NCBI GenBank assembly: GCA_030704615.1
Contig: CM060733.1
Coordinates: 30,938,001-31,002,000, forward strand
From: Takakia lepidozioides
Lineage: Eukaryota; Plantae; Bryophyta
Length of the DNA stretch: 64,000 nt
Direction of reading: 5' to 3'
Position numbers and translations under genes: made by a program
Shown: piece after piece, positions 26,490 to 38,830 of the stretch
Layout: each line of letters begins with the position of its first letter
Numbering within the stretch: position 1 is the stretch's first letter
Notes under the pieces: model-generated
The model's input: the letters and a program-made list of their open reading frames with translations, nothing else
What the model was told of the DNA's origin: nothing
The model's database searches: none

Positions 26490-28655
26490 AGAGGAGAAAT
26501 GAAATGGAATGGTGCTTTATAACGTCTGTGGAAAGCTCACAGAGCTTATGGGACAAAATGGAAGAAAACATGAGAGAGGAATCAAAACCAGAGCCAAAAA
26601 TAAAAACTATTGCTCGAGTGATATTCTAAGGAAGAGAAAGATGTGCTCGTAAGATGTTTGCCGGAGCCTTGTGGCCACTGACCCCGCCCCCAGTTTGAGT
26701 GGAACACAAAGGGACAGAAACTACCTTTGTCAGGGGCTGACGCCGGCAGTGTGACTTACCTTGAAACATGCAATTGGTCCGAGTTTTCCAGATATCGTCC
26801 AGAAATCCCTTCACACAAACATCAATCTGCTGTGTATGATTTGTCCAATAACTAGACCCCGAAAGGGCCTAGGCTTGTGGCGAGGAGACAGAGAATGTAC
26901 TCATAAGACGTTGTTTGCCGTACCCTTGTGGCCATTGACCCTGCGACCAGGTTGAGCGGAACACAAAGGGACAGAACCTACCTCTGTCAGGGGCTGACGT
27001 TGGTAGTAAGACTTACCTTGGTACAAAAACTTGATCCAGGTTTTCCAGATATCCTCTAGAAATCCCTTCACAAGCATCAATCTGCTGTGTGTGATTTGCC
27101 CAAAAACTAGGCCTCAGAAGGGCCTGGGCTTTTGGCTCAGCCTCAAGACTTTCAAAGTTGGTAAACAGAGGTACAGGCACAATTCCCTTGATAGATTTGA
27201 GGAGAGCGTCTCTTTGGTGAGAGAACCCAAGACAGTGAATTAGAAAATGAATATTGTCTTCAGGTTGCCCACACAACGGGCAGTTGCACTCTCCCTTTCC
27301 TCTCTGCTTCTGTTTGCTGTTCAAAGGTAGGCTTCCTGCCCTGAGTTTAATTTCAGTCTAGTGCCGAGAGTGGGTAGACCCTTGATGTCATCCAACCCCA
27401 TGTCACAGACTGGAAACAAGATCAGGGAAGTTTTTTGCCTAACTTCATTTTCATCAGACAATTTCATGGCAACAGACATGGCTTTGGACACTACAGCCTC
27501 TAAGTCAGATTTATCCAGCAGGGTCAAGACTTGCGGATCCAGATCCAGGTCCTTGAGAGAGAGATTGTACTCATAAGACGTTGTTTGCCGTAGCCTTGTG
27601 GCCATTGACCCCGCGCCCAGTTTGAGCAGGAACAAAAGGGACAGAACCTACCTCTGTGAGGGGCTGACGTTGGTAGTAAGACTTACCTTCATATATAGAA
27701 TTAATCCGGGTTTTCCAGATATCCTCTAGAAATCCCTTCACACAAGCATCAATCTGCTGTGTGTGATTTGCCCAAAAACTAGGCCTCGGGAGGGCCTGGG
27801 CTTTTGGCTCAGCCTCGAGACTTTCAAAGTTGGTAAACAGGGGTACAGGCACAATTCCCTTGATAGATTTGAAGAGAGCGTCTCTTTGGTGAGAGAACCC
27901 CGGACAGTGTATCAGAAAATGAATACTGTCTTCAGATTGCCCACACAACGGGCAATTGCAGTCTCCCTTTCCTCTCTGCTTCTGTTTGCTGTTCAAAGGT
28001 AGGCTTCCTGCCCTGAGTTTAATTTCAGTCTAGTGCCGAGAGTGGGTAGACCCTTGAGGTCATCCAAGATGTCCTCCCCCATGTCACTGACTGGAAACAA
28101 GTTCAGGGAAGTTTTCTGCCTAACTTCGTTTTCATCAGACAATCTCATGGCAACAGACATGGCTTTGGACACTACAGCCTCTAAGTCAGATTTATCCAGC
28201 AGGGTCAAGACTTGCGGATCCAGTTTTGAAATATACTCCAGTTCATCAGGGCTGTTTTGAATCATAGGAACAGTTTTTCCAACTGTGTCCCTCCATTCAG
28301 CAGAAGACCCCTCACTGTTAGACCTAGAAGTTCTGCCAAGGATACTGTAGTGAGTTTCAAAGGTTTTGACAAAGTCAACCGATGAAGTCACCACTGCACC
28401 TTTAGTAGTCTTCAGCGCTTGTACTTGCTGACCGTTTTTCGGCTTGTACAAACGTTGAAGGGCCAACCAGAATTTCTTGTCATTACCACCATGGTGGTTT
28501 GAGTTTATTTCACTGTATAACTTGTCCCACTATAATTTCTTCTGAGACCTAACAAGCTGATTGATATCTTTACGGAGCTGGTAGTACCTCGCCCACAATT
28601 CTCTGTTGGTTTCAAATTGCAGCACTCTTTATAGAGGGTTCGTCTCTCAGCTATC
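26490..28655 (-). mobile_element. Stack of minus-strand LINE pieces: B tail (26490-26632) and three LINE A copies (26640-26880, 26890-27555, 27565-28655)
   Basis: ORFs 27013-27324, 27571-27996 and 27993-28466 match LINE A. Repeated tails. Confidence 0.9.
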
Positions 28656-28750
28656 TAGAGAAAGAAATAGAGAGTGTGTAGCTCATGTTGATCTTTTCTC
28701 TGTTGGTGTTTGAGTTAGATGCACTCACCTCAGATGTGTGCATTTTGTAG

Positions 28751-30500
28751 GTATCCTGCGAAATGAGGTGGGCTGGTTTGATTTAGATGAGAACAACAGT
28801 GGGCAGGTGACATCTCGCCTAGCATCTAATGCAACAACTGTCAGGGGTGCACTTGGGGACCGTCTATCCTTGATGGTCCAAAACTTTACGTTGCTGCTGA
28901 CTACGGATATGATAGCATTGATCGTACAGTGGCGTATGGCCCTTGTTATGTTGGCCACATTACCGCTGCTTATTGGTGCCACTATTGGGCAGGTAAAACT
29001 GTCTTCCTTCCCCTATCTCATGCTTAGTCTGGTTGACGTCCTACCAACCTTCTTTTTTCTGGAGCTTGATCCATTGCAGTGAATGCTTGCCCTCACTGTG
29101 TGTGTTGCACCAAATGTTCTTAAAAGGGTTTGCGGGAGACATATCCAAGGGGCATGCGAGAGCAAGCATGGTGGCTGGGGAGGCAGTAAGCAACATCCGG
29201 ACAGTGGCATCCTTCAACGCTGAGGAAAAAGTACTTGGGCTCTTTACCCACGAGATGGAGGGCCCCATGGAAAGAAACTTCTTGCGAGGCCAGGTACTAA
29301 GTGATTTACGTTTGTCAATTTTGTCATTTTAATTGAACAAAAGCTTTCTCTCATATTTTCGGTTCAAACCTTTCAGCTTTGAAAAGTGCCTGGCAGGAAC
29401 CTTCATGAGGCACTTCGTCTTGGGCATGGCTTGATGTTTCTGACGTTGTTTCTTGTTGTTGCACATTGTCCCATGTGCCCCTGTGGACTTTATAGGTTTG
29501 TTTCTCTGTTTCTATCTCTTCTGTTTGCTAGGATATTTGGCAATCTTTTCAATGATGTATGTAGGCATAAGTTGTTGGGAATTGAAGGACCACCAAACTG
29601 GGACAAAGTCTGGCTAAGACCATTGATAACCAGCAAGAACCTCTCTGATAATTGATTTTGTGGACCAGGTGGCAGGTCTCAGCTTCGGGTTCTCTCAGCT
29701 AGCTGTGTATGGATCCTACGGGTTAGGTCTATGGTATGGGGGCCAGTTGGTAAAGGATAACTTGACACATTTTTCTAATGTCATCATAGTCTTTATAGTT
29801 GTCATTGTATCTGCCTATGCCATTGCTGAGACGCTTGCTCTGGCCCCTGACATAGTGAAAGCAGGCCAAGCTGTCGGTGGAGTGTTTGAAGTGCTCGACC
29901 GCAACACAAGGATAGATCCAAATGACCCAGAGGCTGAGATTGTACAATCTGTCAAGGGGGATATTGAACTGAGAAAAGTTGTGTTTGGCTACCCATCGTG
30001 CCCAGAACTCTCCATTTTCACAGACTTGAATCTGAGGGTACAGGCTGGAAAAAGCCTAGCACTCGTGGGGTCAAGCGGGTCAGGAAAGAGCTCAGTGATT
30101 TCCCTGATTGAGAGGTTCTATGATCCCACGTCTGGCCGGGTGATTATCGATCGGAAAGACATCAGAAAAGTGAAAGTCTACGGCGACACATTGGCCTTGT
30201 GCAACAGGAACCTGCCTTGTTTGCCACCAGCATTTATAATAACATTCTCTATGGTAGAGAGGGGCATCTGAGTCTGAGATTATTGAGGCAGCCAAATCAG
30301 CTAATGCTCACAACTTTGTCAGTGCCCTGCCTGACGGCTACCAAACTCAGGTTGGGGAAAGGGGGCTCCAACTCTCTGGCGGCCAGAAACAGCGGGTGGC
30401 TATTGCTCGGGCAGTCTTGAAGAATCCAGCAATATTGCTGCTGGATGAGGCCACCAGTGCGCTCGATGCCGAGTCGGAGCAGATGTGCAGGAGGAGGCTA
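28751..30500 (+). pseudogene. ABCB: ABCB C-terminal half (TMD2-NBD2), exons 28751-28992, 29111-29293, 29669-~30500
   Basis: ILRNEVGWFD, GEAVSNIRTVASFN, Walker A GSSGSGKS, signature [14 protein letters not shown], Walker [12 protein letters not shown]. Mutated acceptor (tgcac) at 29110, two frameshifts, truncated end. Confidence 0.92.
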
Positions 30501-31539
30501 ACGCAGGTATAGTGTTGTCTGACAAGGGTTCGCATTTCTGTGGCGCAGTCGTGATATAATCTACGTCAGGGTAAGTCGGGCAAGACTCTCACAGAAACTT
30601 TATGAGACTTCAAGAAGTCTTTATGAAACTTTATCTTTTATCTTTATATAGGGGCGGGGGCGCTCTCTACTCCCGACCCGCGGGTGGTGGCCCCGCTTCC
30701 GTGCATGGGCCCGCTGCTTGGTGCGTGGGCCCGCTTGATCACTCGGGAGACTGAAAGACGCAATTAATCTAAAATGAGAGCCAATAAAAAAAATGCTGAA
30801 ATTTCTACCCCTCCCCAAGGTGGCGAAAACACTGAGCTGTTAGCAACAATAATACTGGTTAAGGACTAATAACAACGTTTCCAATTCTGTCACATACCAT
30901 CACTATCTGCCACCATCTCTCAATTATGCACTACCTCACCCAAAAAGAGGTGGCTCTCAATTATGCACTAAAATAGTCCAATTGAAAGGGGACTATTTTT
31001 GTGGCTTATTCAGCTTACTGTTGCTATTAATTAATAGATTGATGTTTGCATTTTTTTGGGACCCTGCCTCTGCACAGTCCACTTACTAACTTAGTAAGAG
31101 GGGGAGCCTCTCCTTTATATACCCTCTCAAGGCCGGGGACCTTTCTAGAAGTCCGCAAGTGGTGGGACCCTTCTAGAAGGCCCTCGGACACATGTCACCC
31201 CTACTAACCCCCTTACCCGGGTTTGACGGCTAAACCATCCCCTATTTAATACCTTTCCCCTTATGGCAGTCTTTTATTTCTTGAAATCCCTCTACATATG
31301 CCTTATTATATTAGCCCCACTTCTTAATTCCTGGACCACTCTAGAATGAACAGGGGCCACCAAAACTTGGGGGGCTTATTTGATTGGAATAAGGCTCCAT
31401 TACTCGCCAATAAATAGAGCATGTATTGGGGCCTTTGACTATACATCTTATCCGTATTATATTCGCACGCGCAAATCCGCGCGCCTCGTCCTCCCTTTGG
31501 GCATCCAACATGGCTTTAGACACTGCAACCATAGAGCCA

Positions 31540-32335
31540 TAGGGAAAATGAAATGAAATGTACATAGTCAAAGAAAGAAAGACGCTTTCTAGAATCCGCG
31601 GAAAGCTCACAGAACATATTGGACAAGAGAAAGAAAAAGTGAGTATGGCCGTCAACAAGCGCAGCCCCAACAACTATTCAACATGAAGATATTCCATTAC
31701 CTGGAGAGCCTTGTTTAGATACACTGCCAAGCATTTCTGGTCAGCAAGGGATTGGCTATCCCCGCATAGACAGTTTGTATCAACCCTGGATGTCATAGTA
31801 GAGGGGACAGTGAAAAGGGAAAAGTGTATCCTCGTAGGGGAAGACATCAGTGAGAGTTTTGGTTCCACTGAATAAACAGTGGAATCTCCCACAGATCTCG
31901 TAGTATAGAGGGCAGTAGAAGAAGAAGTGTTCTTCAGTTTCAATTTCCTTGCTACGCCCTATGCAAGCTGGACATAGGCGGTCCTCCTGTTGCAGGTTTT
32001 CCCATCTGCCAGTCTCTATCCGTAGGTTGTGGGAACCCACCCTAAACCGCCCCAATGCCCTTAGGAGGGAAGGAGACAAGGATGCTGAAACGTAATTTGG
32101 TCTCAAGATTCTATCATCGCGGAGCACCAAGAATGTCTCTCGATAGAAGTGGCGCTTTGTCGTGAGATTGGGTAGCTTCCAAGTTCTCTTGACATGTAAT
32201 TCCATAAGCTCTCTCCTAATGAGTCTGTTGTGGTCATGTCTGGATGTGATGTCCACCTCATCTGGATTCATTAGTAATAGGAAAGCAGTAGAAAGTCTGT
32301 TACGTTGAAATAAACTGTCCACTCGAGCATACCCG
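31540..32335 (-). mobile_element. LINE family B 3' fragment with a related LINE tail
   Basis: ORF 31780-32322 is closely similar to 12928-13485. CATTT tail. Cut by the copia LTR at 32336. Confidence 0.85.
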
Positions 32336-34790
32336 TGTTGGAAACTAGACCTGTCCTCTACCTCCTAAGATATTGATAGATAGCTTCTAGCACAAGCAGC
32401 AGTACAAAAACTGACAACCTAAACCAACCCAAGAGTTAGTACTAACAAGAAGTGTCAGTCCTAACAAGAATGCTCCTTACTGCAAAAGAAAAAAACTTAC
32501 AAAAGTAGATGTTGGACTTCTCCTCCTCCTCTCTCTGCAATCTACTAGGATAGCACATCCAAAATGCTAGAAGAAGTGTTGGGCATTGCCTCAGCCTTTC
32601 CCTTAAATCCTACATGAGTTCTCTAGAAACTTCTGGTGGCTGGAACCTTCTGGTAGAACTATCCCTAGCCGTAAAAAAACCCTAACATAACCCTAGCTAA
32701 CTAAATCTGAGCTGACTCCTAACACTCCCACTCAGCGAGGATTGAGACTTAACCCAATCAGTTCCATGCATCTAGAATGCTTTTCTATGGATAGAGCCTT
32801 TATGAGTGCATCAGCTGCCATTTCCTCAGTCCTACAGAAAACCAACTCAATCTCCAAACCAATCATTTCTCTAATGAAATGATGTTTGATATCTATGTGC
32901 TTGGTCTGGGCATGATGAACAAGATTCTTGCTCAACTCAATGCTGCTCCTATTGTCAGCATGCACTTTCGTTGGCTGTTCTTGACTGAAGCCAAGTTCAC
33001 CAAGAAGCCTTCGAATCCAAATGTCTTCTTTAGCTGCATGAGTCAGAGCCATATACTCTGACTCAGTCAAGGATAGAGCGGTGGTCTGCTGTCTTTTGCT
33101 GCTCCAACTCACAACACCTCCACTCATTACAAAGCAGTAGGCAGATATGGATCTCCTCTCATCTGTGTCTCCTACCCAATCTGCATCACTGTATCCTTCT
33201 AGTGATGCTCCAGTGTCCTGCTTGTTGTAAGTTAGACATGTATCCGCAATCCCTCTCAAATATCTAATCACCCTCTTGAGTGCTCTCCAATGCTGAGGTC
33301 CTGGGTTGTGCATGAACTTACTAAGCATTCCCACTGCATAGGCAATGTCTAGCCTGGTGCCAATCATTGCATACATCAGAGATCCCATGGCTTGCTGATA
33401 TGGAACCTTAGCCATTTCCTCAATCTCACTTGGAGATTTTGGCTCCATTTCCTTACTCAGCTTGCAGCCGGTTTCCAATGGTGTTGGTGCTGGTTTGCAG
33501 TCCTGCATACCAAACTTCGCAACAACATTCCTTACATACCTCTCTTGGCTCAACTTTATAGTTCTCGCCTTCCTGTCCCTCAGAATCTGAATTCCAAGTA
33601 GGTAGTTCACGGCTCCAAGATCAACCATCTCAAAAGTTTCACTCAAATCATGCTTCTGCCTGCGCATGGTATCCTTGTTGTCGCTGATCAGTAGTAGGTC
33701 ATCCACATAGAGCGCTATTATCATGACACCTGATGTCATGTAGTAAATGCTCTGATCAACTGTACTCCTTACAAACCTTGGCCTGTCAAGTAGCTATTGA
33801 TCTTCTCATACCATGTCCTCGATGCCTGTTTGAGTCCATATAGCGATTTCTTGAGCCGACACCTTATCACTTTCTTGGAAGCCTTCTGGTTGTTTCATGT
33901 AGATCTCCTCCTGGAGATCCCCATTCAAGAATGTAGTCTTCACGTCCATGTGTTCTATCTCCCAGTCATGCTTCGCTGCCAATGCCAGTAAACATCGGAT
34001 GGAGGTGAACTTTGCCACTGGGGCAAAAGTTTCATTGTAGTCAAGCCCTGCAGTCTGTGTGAAGCCTCTGGCCACAAGTCTGGCCTTGTACTTCACTATC
34101 TCATTGTTGGGTCCTCTTTTCACTTTGAAAAACCACTTGCAATCTGCCGCCTTTCTACCACTAGGCAGTGTTACCAGCTCCTAAGTCTGGTTTTTTTCAG
34201 AGATTTCATCTCCTCTAGTACAGCTCCCTCCCACTCAGTGGCATCATCCCTTGCCAAAGCTAAATGCAATAAGGTCCAAGTTTGTGGTGATTTTAGGATA
34301 GAAAGAGAGAAACAAATATGGACGACTCACCTCTGTAGAATGTAAAAATGTAAGGGGAATTTGATATCCATGTAATCATTCTATCATATTACGTTATCCA
34401 ACAAAACTAAAGAAAACATTAAAAGAGAATGATACAAATTTTACAAGAGGTAACATGGTAGTACAAATAAGGTTTGGAGTTTAAGTAGGGTACTACACTA
34501 AGGTTTTTGGTATATGGTAAAAGTAATGGTTTAGGGTGCTAAGGGTCACGCTTAAGCTTGGGGTAAGGATTAAGGGAAGGGTAAAGGTTTAGGGTTTGGA
34601 TTTAGGGTAGAAATGGACCTCTGCATCATCAAGGGCATGGAAACAACTTTCCATCTGCCCTATGTCATCCATAGTCAGACTAGTCAGTCCTTCTGCCACA
34701 TTAGCTCCAAACCTTTCTGGGGGTTTGCTGATCCTTTCTAATCTTCTAGGCCCCCCATGATGCAAAGAGGTGCATGGTTGCATCGCCAAA
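32336..34790 (-). mobile_element. 5'-truncated Ty1/copia: RT-RNaseH, PPT, 3' LTR (32336-32724)
   Basis: YKARLVARGFTQ, HMDVKTTFLNG, LYVDDLL, GYSDADW, TKHIDIKHHFIRE. LTR bounded TGTT...AACA. Confidence 0.92.
34262..34615. repeat. AT-rich insertion with degenerate TTTAGGG-like repeats interrupting the copia
   Basis: ggtttaggg, taaggg and tttaggg runs at 34470-34610. The copia frame continues on both sides. Confidence 0.5.
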
Positions 34791-34794
34791 GGTA

Positions 34795-35243
34795 GCAACT
34801 GCAGCGGCACAATTGATAAAGTCAGGCACCTCAACCATGACCACAACTTCTGGAAGAGGATCAAGAGAGGGAGTCCACAATGCATCTTCTAGCACTTATG
34901 GATATGTGAAGATGCTTTGTGAGGCAGGTAGACTGAAAGAGGCTCTATTGACTTTAAACCAAGGAGGCATTTCAGTAGATTCAGATACGTATGTCTGTCT
35001 CTTGCATAAGTGCATCAAAATGAAAGACCAAGTGAAGCTAGAAAGCAGGTGCACACTCACATTATCCAAAGTGCACGCCAAATATTTTTCTACTCAACAC
35101 CCTTGTCAACATGTATGTTATGTGCTGGAGCATCATGGATGCTCACCAAGTGTTCAACAGAATGCCTCAACGATCTTTCATCACGTGGAACACGATGCTT
35201 GCAGGGTATGCACAGCAGGGGCGTGGTATGGAGGCCTTGGAGA
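34795..35243 (+). pseudogene. PDF-linker plus PLS-class PPR fragment
   Basis: VKMLCEAGRLKEAL...DTYVCLLHKC...AHQVFNRMPQRSFITWNTMLAGYAQQGRGMEAL, frameshifted. Confidence 0.85.
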
Positions 35244-35499
35244 ATGTGGTGAGGGCACCTTCTTCTTCGACCTATTTCAGCCTGTTTTTCCCTCTCATCA
35301 GACTCGGCCCCTGAATTTACATATGGAATTGTCAAGGACAATGTGGTGAGGGCACCTTCTTCTTCGACCTATTTCAGCCTGTTTTGCCCTCTCATCAGAC
35401 TCGGCCTTGAGATACATATTGAATTCTATAAGTTAGCTCGTTGGGTGGATCTGTGGTGGTTTGGAATGACTATGACAAGTAACTGCCGATGTGGCAGCA

Positions 35500-36570
35500 G
35501 GAAAATATCCAAAATAGATAACAAAGATGAGGAGAAGATGTGGAATGAATACTTTGTTGACCCCAGTGAATGGTGGAACAACCGAGGCAAAAAGTTGAAT
35601 GCCTATTAGATGAGAGAGAGTAGCAGACGCAACTCAGCATAGGAACTAGTGTGATTGGGTGTTTCATAGGTTGTCATTATCAGCTGCTAGCAGCAAGGGC
35701 AAAGATGAATGCATGATTTGTGCAGAGGCATGGATAGCTGAAGGAGAAGAGAAAAGTGTGGGTCCAGATTCATTCAAGAGGGCCGGACTTCAAGCTCCAG
35801 ATTACTTGTGATTCCATGTGGATCAATAACTGCAAGAAACCTAAATGGGTAGATGGTCAACTAAAGGCAATAGCTGCAGCGGCACAGTTGATAAAATCAG
35901 GCACGTCCTCAACCATGACCGCAACTTCTGAAACATGATCAAGAGAGGGAGTCCACAATGCCTTTTCTGTGGGGCATGTGAAGATGCTTCGTGAGGCAGA
36001 CTGACTGACAAAGGCTCTAGGTCTGGAAGCTGGAATCAGGTGCACACTCACATTATCCAAAGTGGATTCATGCCAAATGTTTTTTCTACTCAACACCTTT
36101 GTCAACATATATGTTAAGTGCAGGAGCATCATGGATGCTTGCCAAGATTTCTACAGAATGCCTCAGCGATCTTTGATCATGTGGAATATAATGTTGGCAG
36201 GATTTACCAAACATGGGTGTGGTAGGAATGCTTTGGCGACCTATGAGCAAATGTTGCGCAAAGGGGTGAAGCCCAACCATATCACGCTTCCGCATGTTTG
36301 CAATGCGTGTGCAAGCCTGGGACCTCTGGAAAAGGGGAAACAGGTCCATGGTGACATCGTCACAGCTGGAATTGTACCAGATGCCATCCTGAACACTCCC
36401 CTGGTGGACGTCTATGCCAAATGTGGATGCATTAAGGATGTGAAGGGAGTTTTCAACACTATTTCTGAACCAAATGTGGTGTCATGGAACGCGATGCTTG
36501 CAGGGTATGCACTGCAGGAACATGGTATGAAGGCTTTGGAGACCTATGATCAAATGATGGGGGAAGGGGG
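35500..36570 (+). pseudogene. OSB-type PDF motif fused to PLS-class PPR repeats
   Basis: Exon A DEEKMWNEYFVDPSEWWNNRGKK (to 35594), intron, then exon from 35768 IHSRGPDFKLQITCDSMWINNCKKPKWVDGQL running into PPR ORF 36062-36586. Stops and frameshifts present. Confidence 0.8.
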
Positions 36571-36589
36571 GCACCTTCTTCAATAGCAC

Positions 36590-38610
36590 AACGGCTACAA
36601 GTGGGTAGATGGTCAACTAGAAACAACAATGGCAGCAACACAATTGATAGAACAAGGCCCACTACTAATGAAGGTACCTTCTTTAACGTATTTCATCCAG
36701 TTTTCCCTTGCTATAAGAGTCGTCCCTAAATTTTCATGTTGAATTCTACAAGTTAGCTCGTTGGTGGATCTATGGTGGTGTTGGAGTGATTTTGACATGT
36801 TACTGCCAATGTGGTCGACAGGAAAGTATCGAAAAACAGATAATAGAGATGTGGAGAAGCTCTGGAATGAATACGGTTCCGACCCCAGTCAATGGTGGAA
36901 CAATCTAGGCAAAAAGGTGAATGCCTGTTGGAAGCAGACGCAAGTCAGCATAGGAACTAGTGTGATAAGTAGGGTTGGGGTGTTTGCTAGAACAATTCTA
37001 GAGTGTTCTTTGTCAGCTGCTAGCATCAAGGCAAGGATGTATGCATGATTTGTGCAAAGGCAAGGATAGCTGAAGGAGCAGGGAACAGTGTGGGTCCAGA
37101 TTCATCCAAGAGGGCCGGATTTCAAGCTCCAGATCGCCTACAATTCCTTGTGGAAGCAGCACACACCTTGCACACACAAGAGGTCATCTTGGGTGCATGG
37201 TCAGTCAAATCCTCCATGGGTCATGACACAAGGTCGAGGACAATGTGGTGAGGGCACCTTCTTCTTCGACCTATTTCAGCCTTTTTTCCCTCTCATCAGA
37301 CCCAGCCCTGAATTTACATATTGAATGCTGTAAGTTAGCTCGTTGGGTGGATGTGGGGTGGTTTGGAGTGACTTTGACAAGTTACTGCTGATGTGGCAGC
37401 AGGAAAGTACCCAAAAACAGATAACAAGATGAAGAGAAGCTTTGGGATGAACACTTTCCGACCCCAGTCAGTGGGGGGACAATGGAGACAAAAAGGTGAG
37501 TGCTTGTTCGACTACAGAGAGAAGTAGTTGCAATTCAGAATTGGAACTACTGTTAAGTCATAGGTTGGGGTGTTTTCTGGAAGAACTTTACGCCGTCACT
37601 GTCAGCTGCTAGCAGCAAGGTTGAGGGATGTATCCATGATCTGTACACGGGCAGGGATAGCTGAGGGATCAGGGATAGAGGTCCAGATTCATGTTCAGCT
37701 TTAGGCTGAGGGATCAATAGCTAAAAGAAATCAGCTGGAGTGGATGGTCAATTGTTGCAAGTGGAAACAGTAGCGGCAACACAATTGTTAGAATGAGGTG
37801 CTGCTAATGAAGGCACCTTCCTCAACACATTTTAGCCTGTTTTTTCCAAATAGGGTTGGGGTGTAATAACAAATCTAGGCTGTCATCATCAGCTGCTAGC
37901 AGCAAGACAATGATATATGCATGATTTGTGCAGAGGCATAGATAGTTGAAGGAGCAGGGATAGAGTGTGGGTGCAGATTCACCCAAGAGGGCCGGGCTTC
38001 AAGCTCCAGATTGACTCTATAGCTACAACAAACCTGCATGGGTAGATGGTCAACTGGCAGCAGCGGCACAATTTATAAAATCAGACACTGCTAATGAAGG
38101 CATCTTATTCAACACATTTCACCTTGTTTTTCTTTCTAATCAGAATCGGCCCTAAATTTCCATGTTGAATTCTGCAAGTTACTTGGTTGAGTGAATCTAG
38201 TTTAGAGTGACTTTGATATGATACTACCAATGTGACAACATGAAATCAAAAAACAAGTAACAGAGATGAGGAGAAGTTGTGGAATGAATACTATTCTGCC
38301 CCAGTCAATGATGGGACAACCAAGGCAAAAATGTGAATGCTTGTTACATTTCATACACTAGCAGACGCATTCAGCATAGGAACTAGTTTGAGAAGCTGAG
38401 TTGGATGTTTCCTAGAATAAATCTAGGTTGTCATTGTCAGCTACTAGTAGCGAGGCAAGGATAAACGCATGATTTGTGCAGAGGCATGTGTAGCTGAAGG
38501 AGCAAAGAGAGTGTGGGTCCAGATTCATCCAAGAGAGCCAGATTTCAAGCACAAGATTACCTATGATCCCTGTGGATCAATAGCTACAAGAAACCTGCAT
38601 GGGTAGATGA
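36590..38610 (+). pseudogene. Tandem degenerate PDF-motif exon modules
   Basis: Exon A ends at 36916, 37495 and 38332. Exon B starts at 37100, ~37687, ~37977 and 38523 (IHPRxPDFK). Homologous introns lie between. Confidence 0.78.
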
Positions 38611-38611
38611 T

Positions 38612-38830
38612 ATATTCCGTGGGACTCAATCTGTCACTGAGCCTTGCATTATGAGGATCACAATTGTTTAGCAGCTTACCTGCACGAGGCCTTGACCCTT
38701 AGGTAATCCCCAGAACAGTAGTAGCTTTGGGCTGCTTTTAATCTTTGGTTTTTTCATTTTGTATCATAAGCTCGTTGAGCTTTCCGCAGATGTAATGAAG
38801 TACCATTTGTTTCATTTTGTTTTGTTTCAT
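38612..38830 (+). mobile_element. LINE B 3' end
   Basis: FRGTQSVTE..HYEDHNCLAAYLHEALTLR plus tail. Confidence 0.75.
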
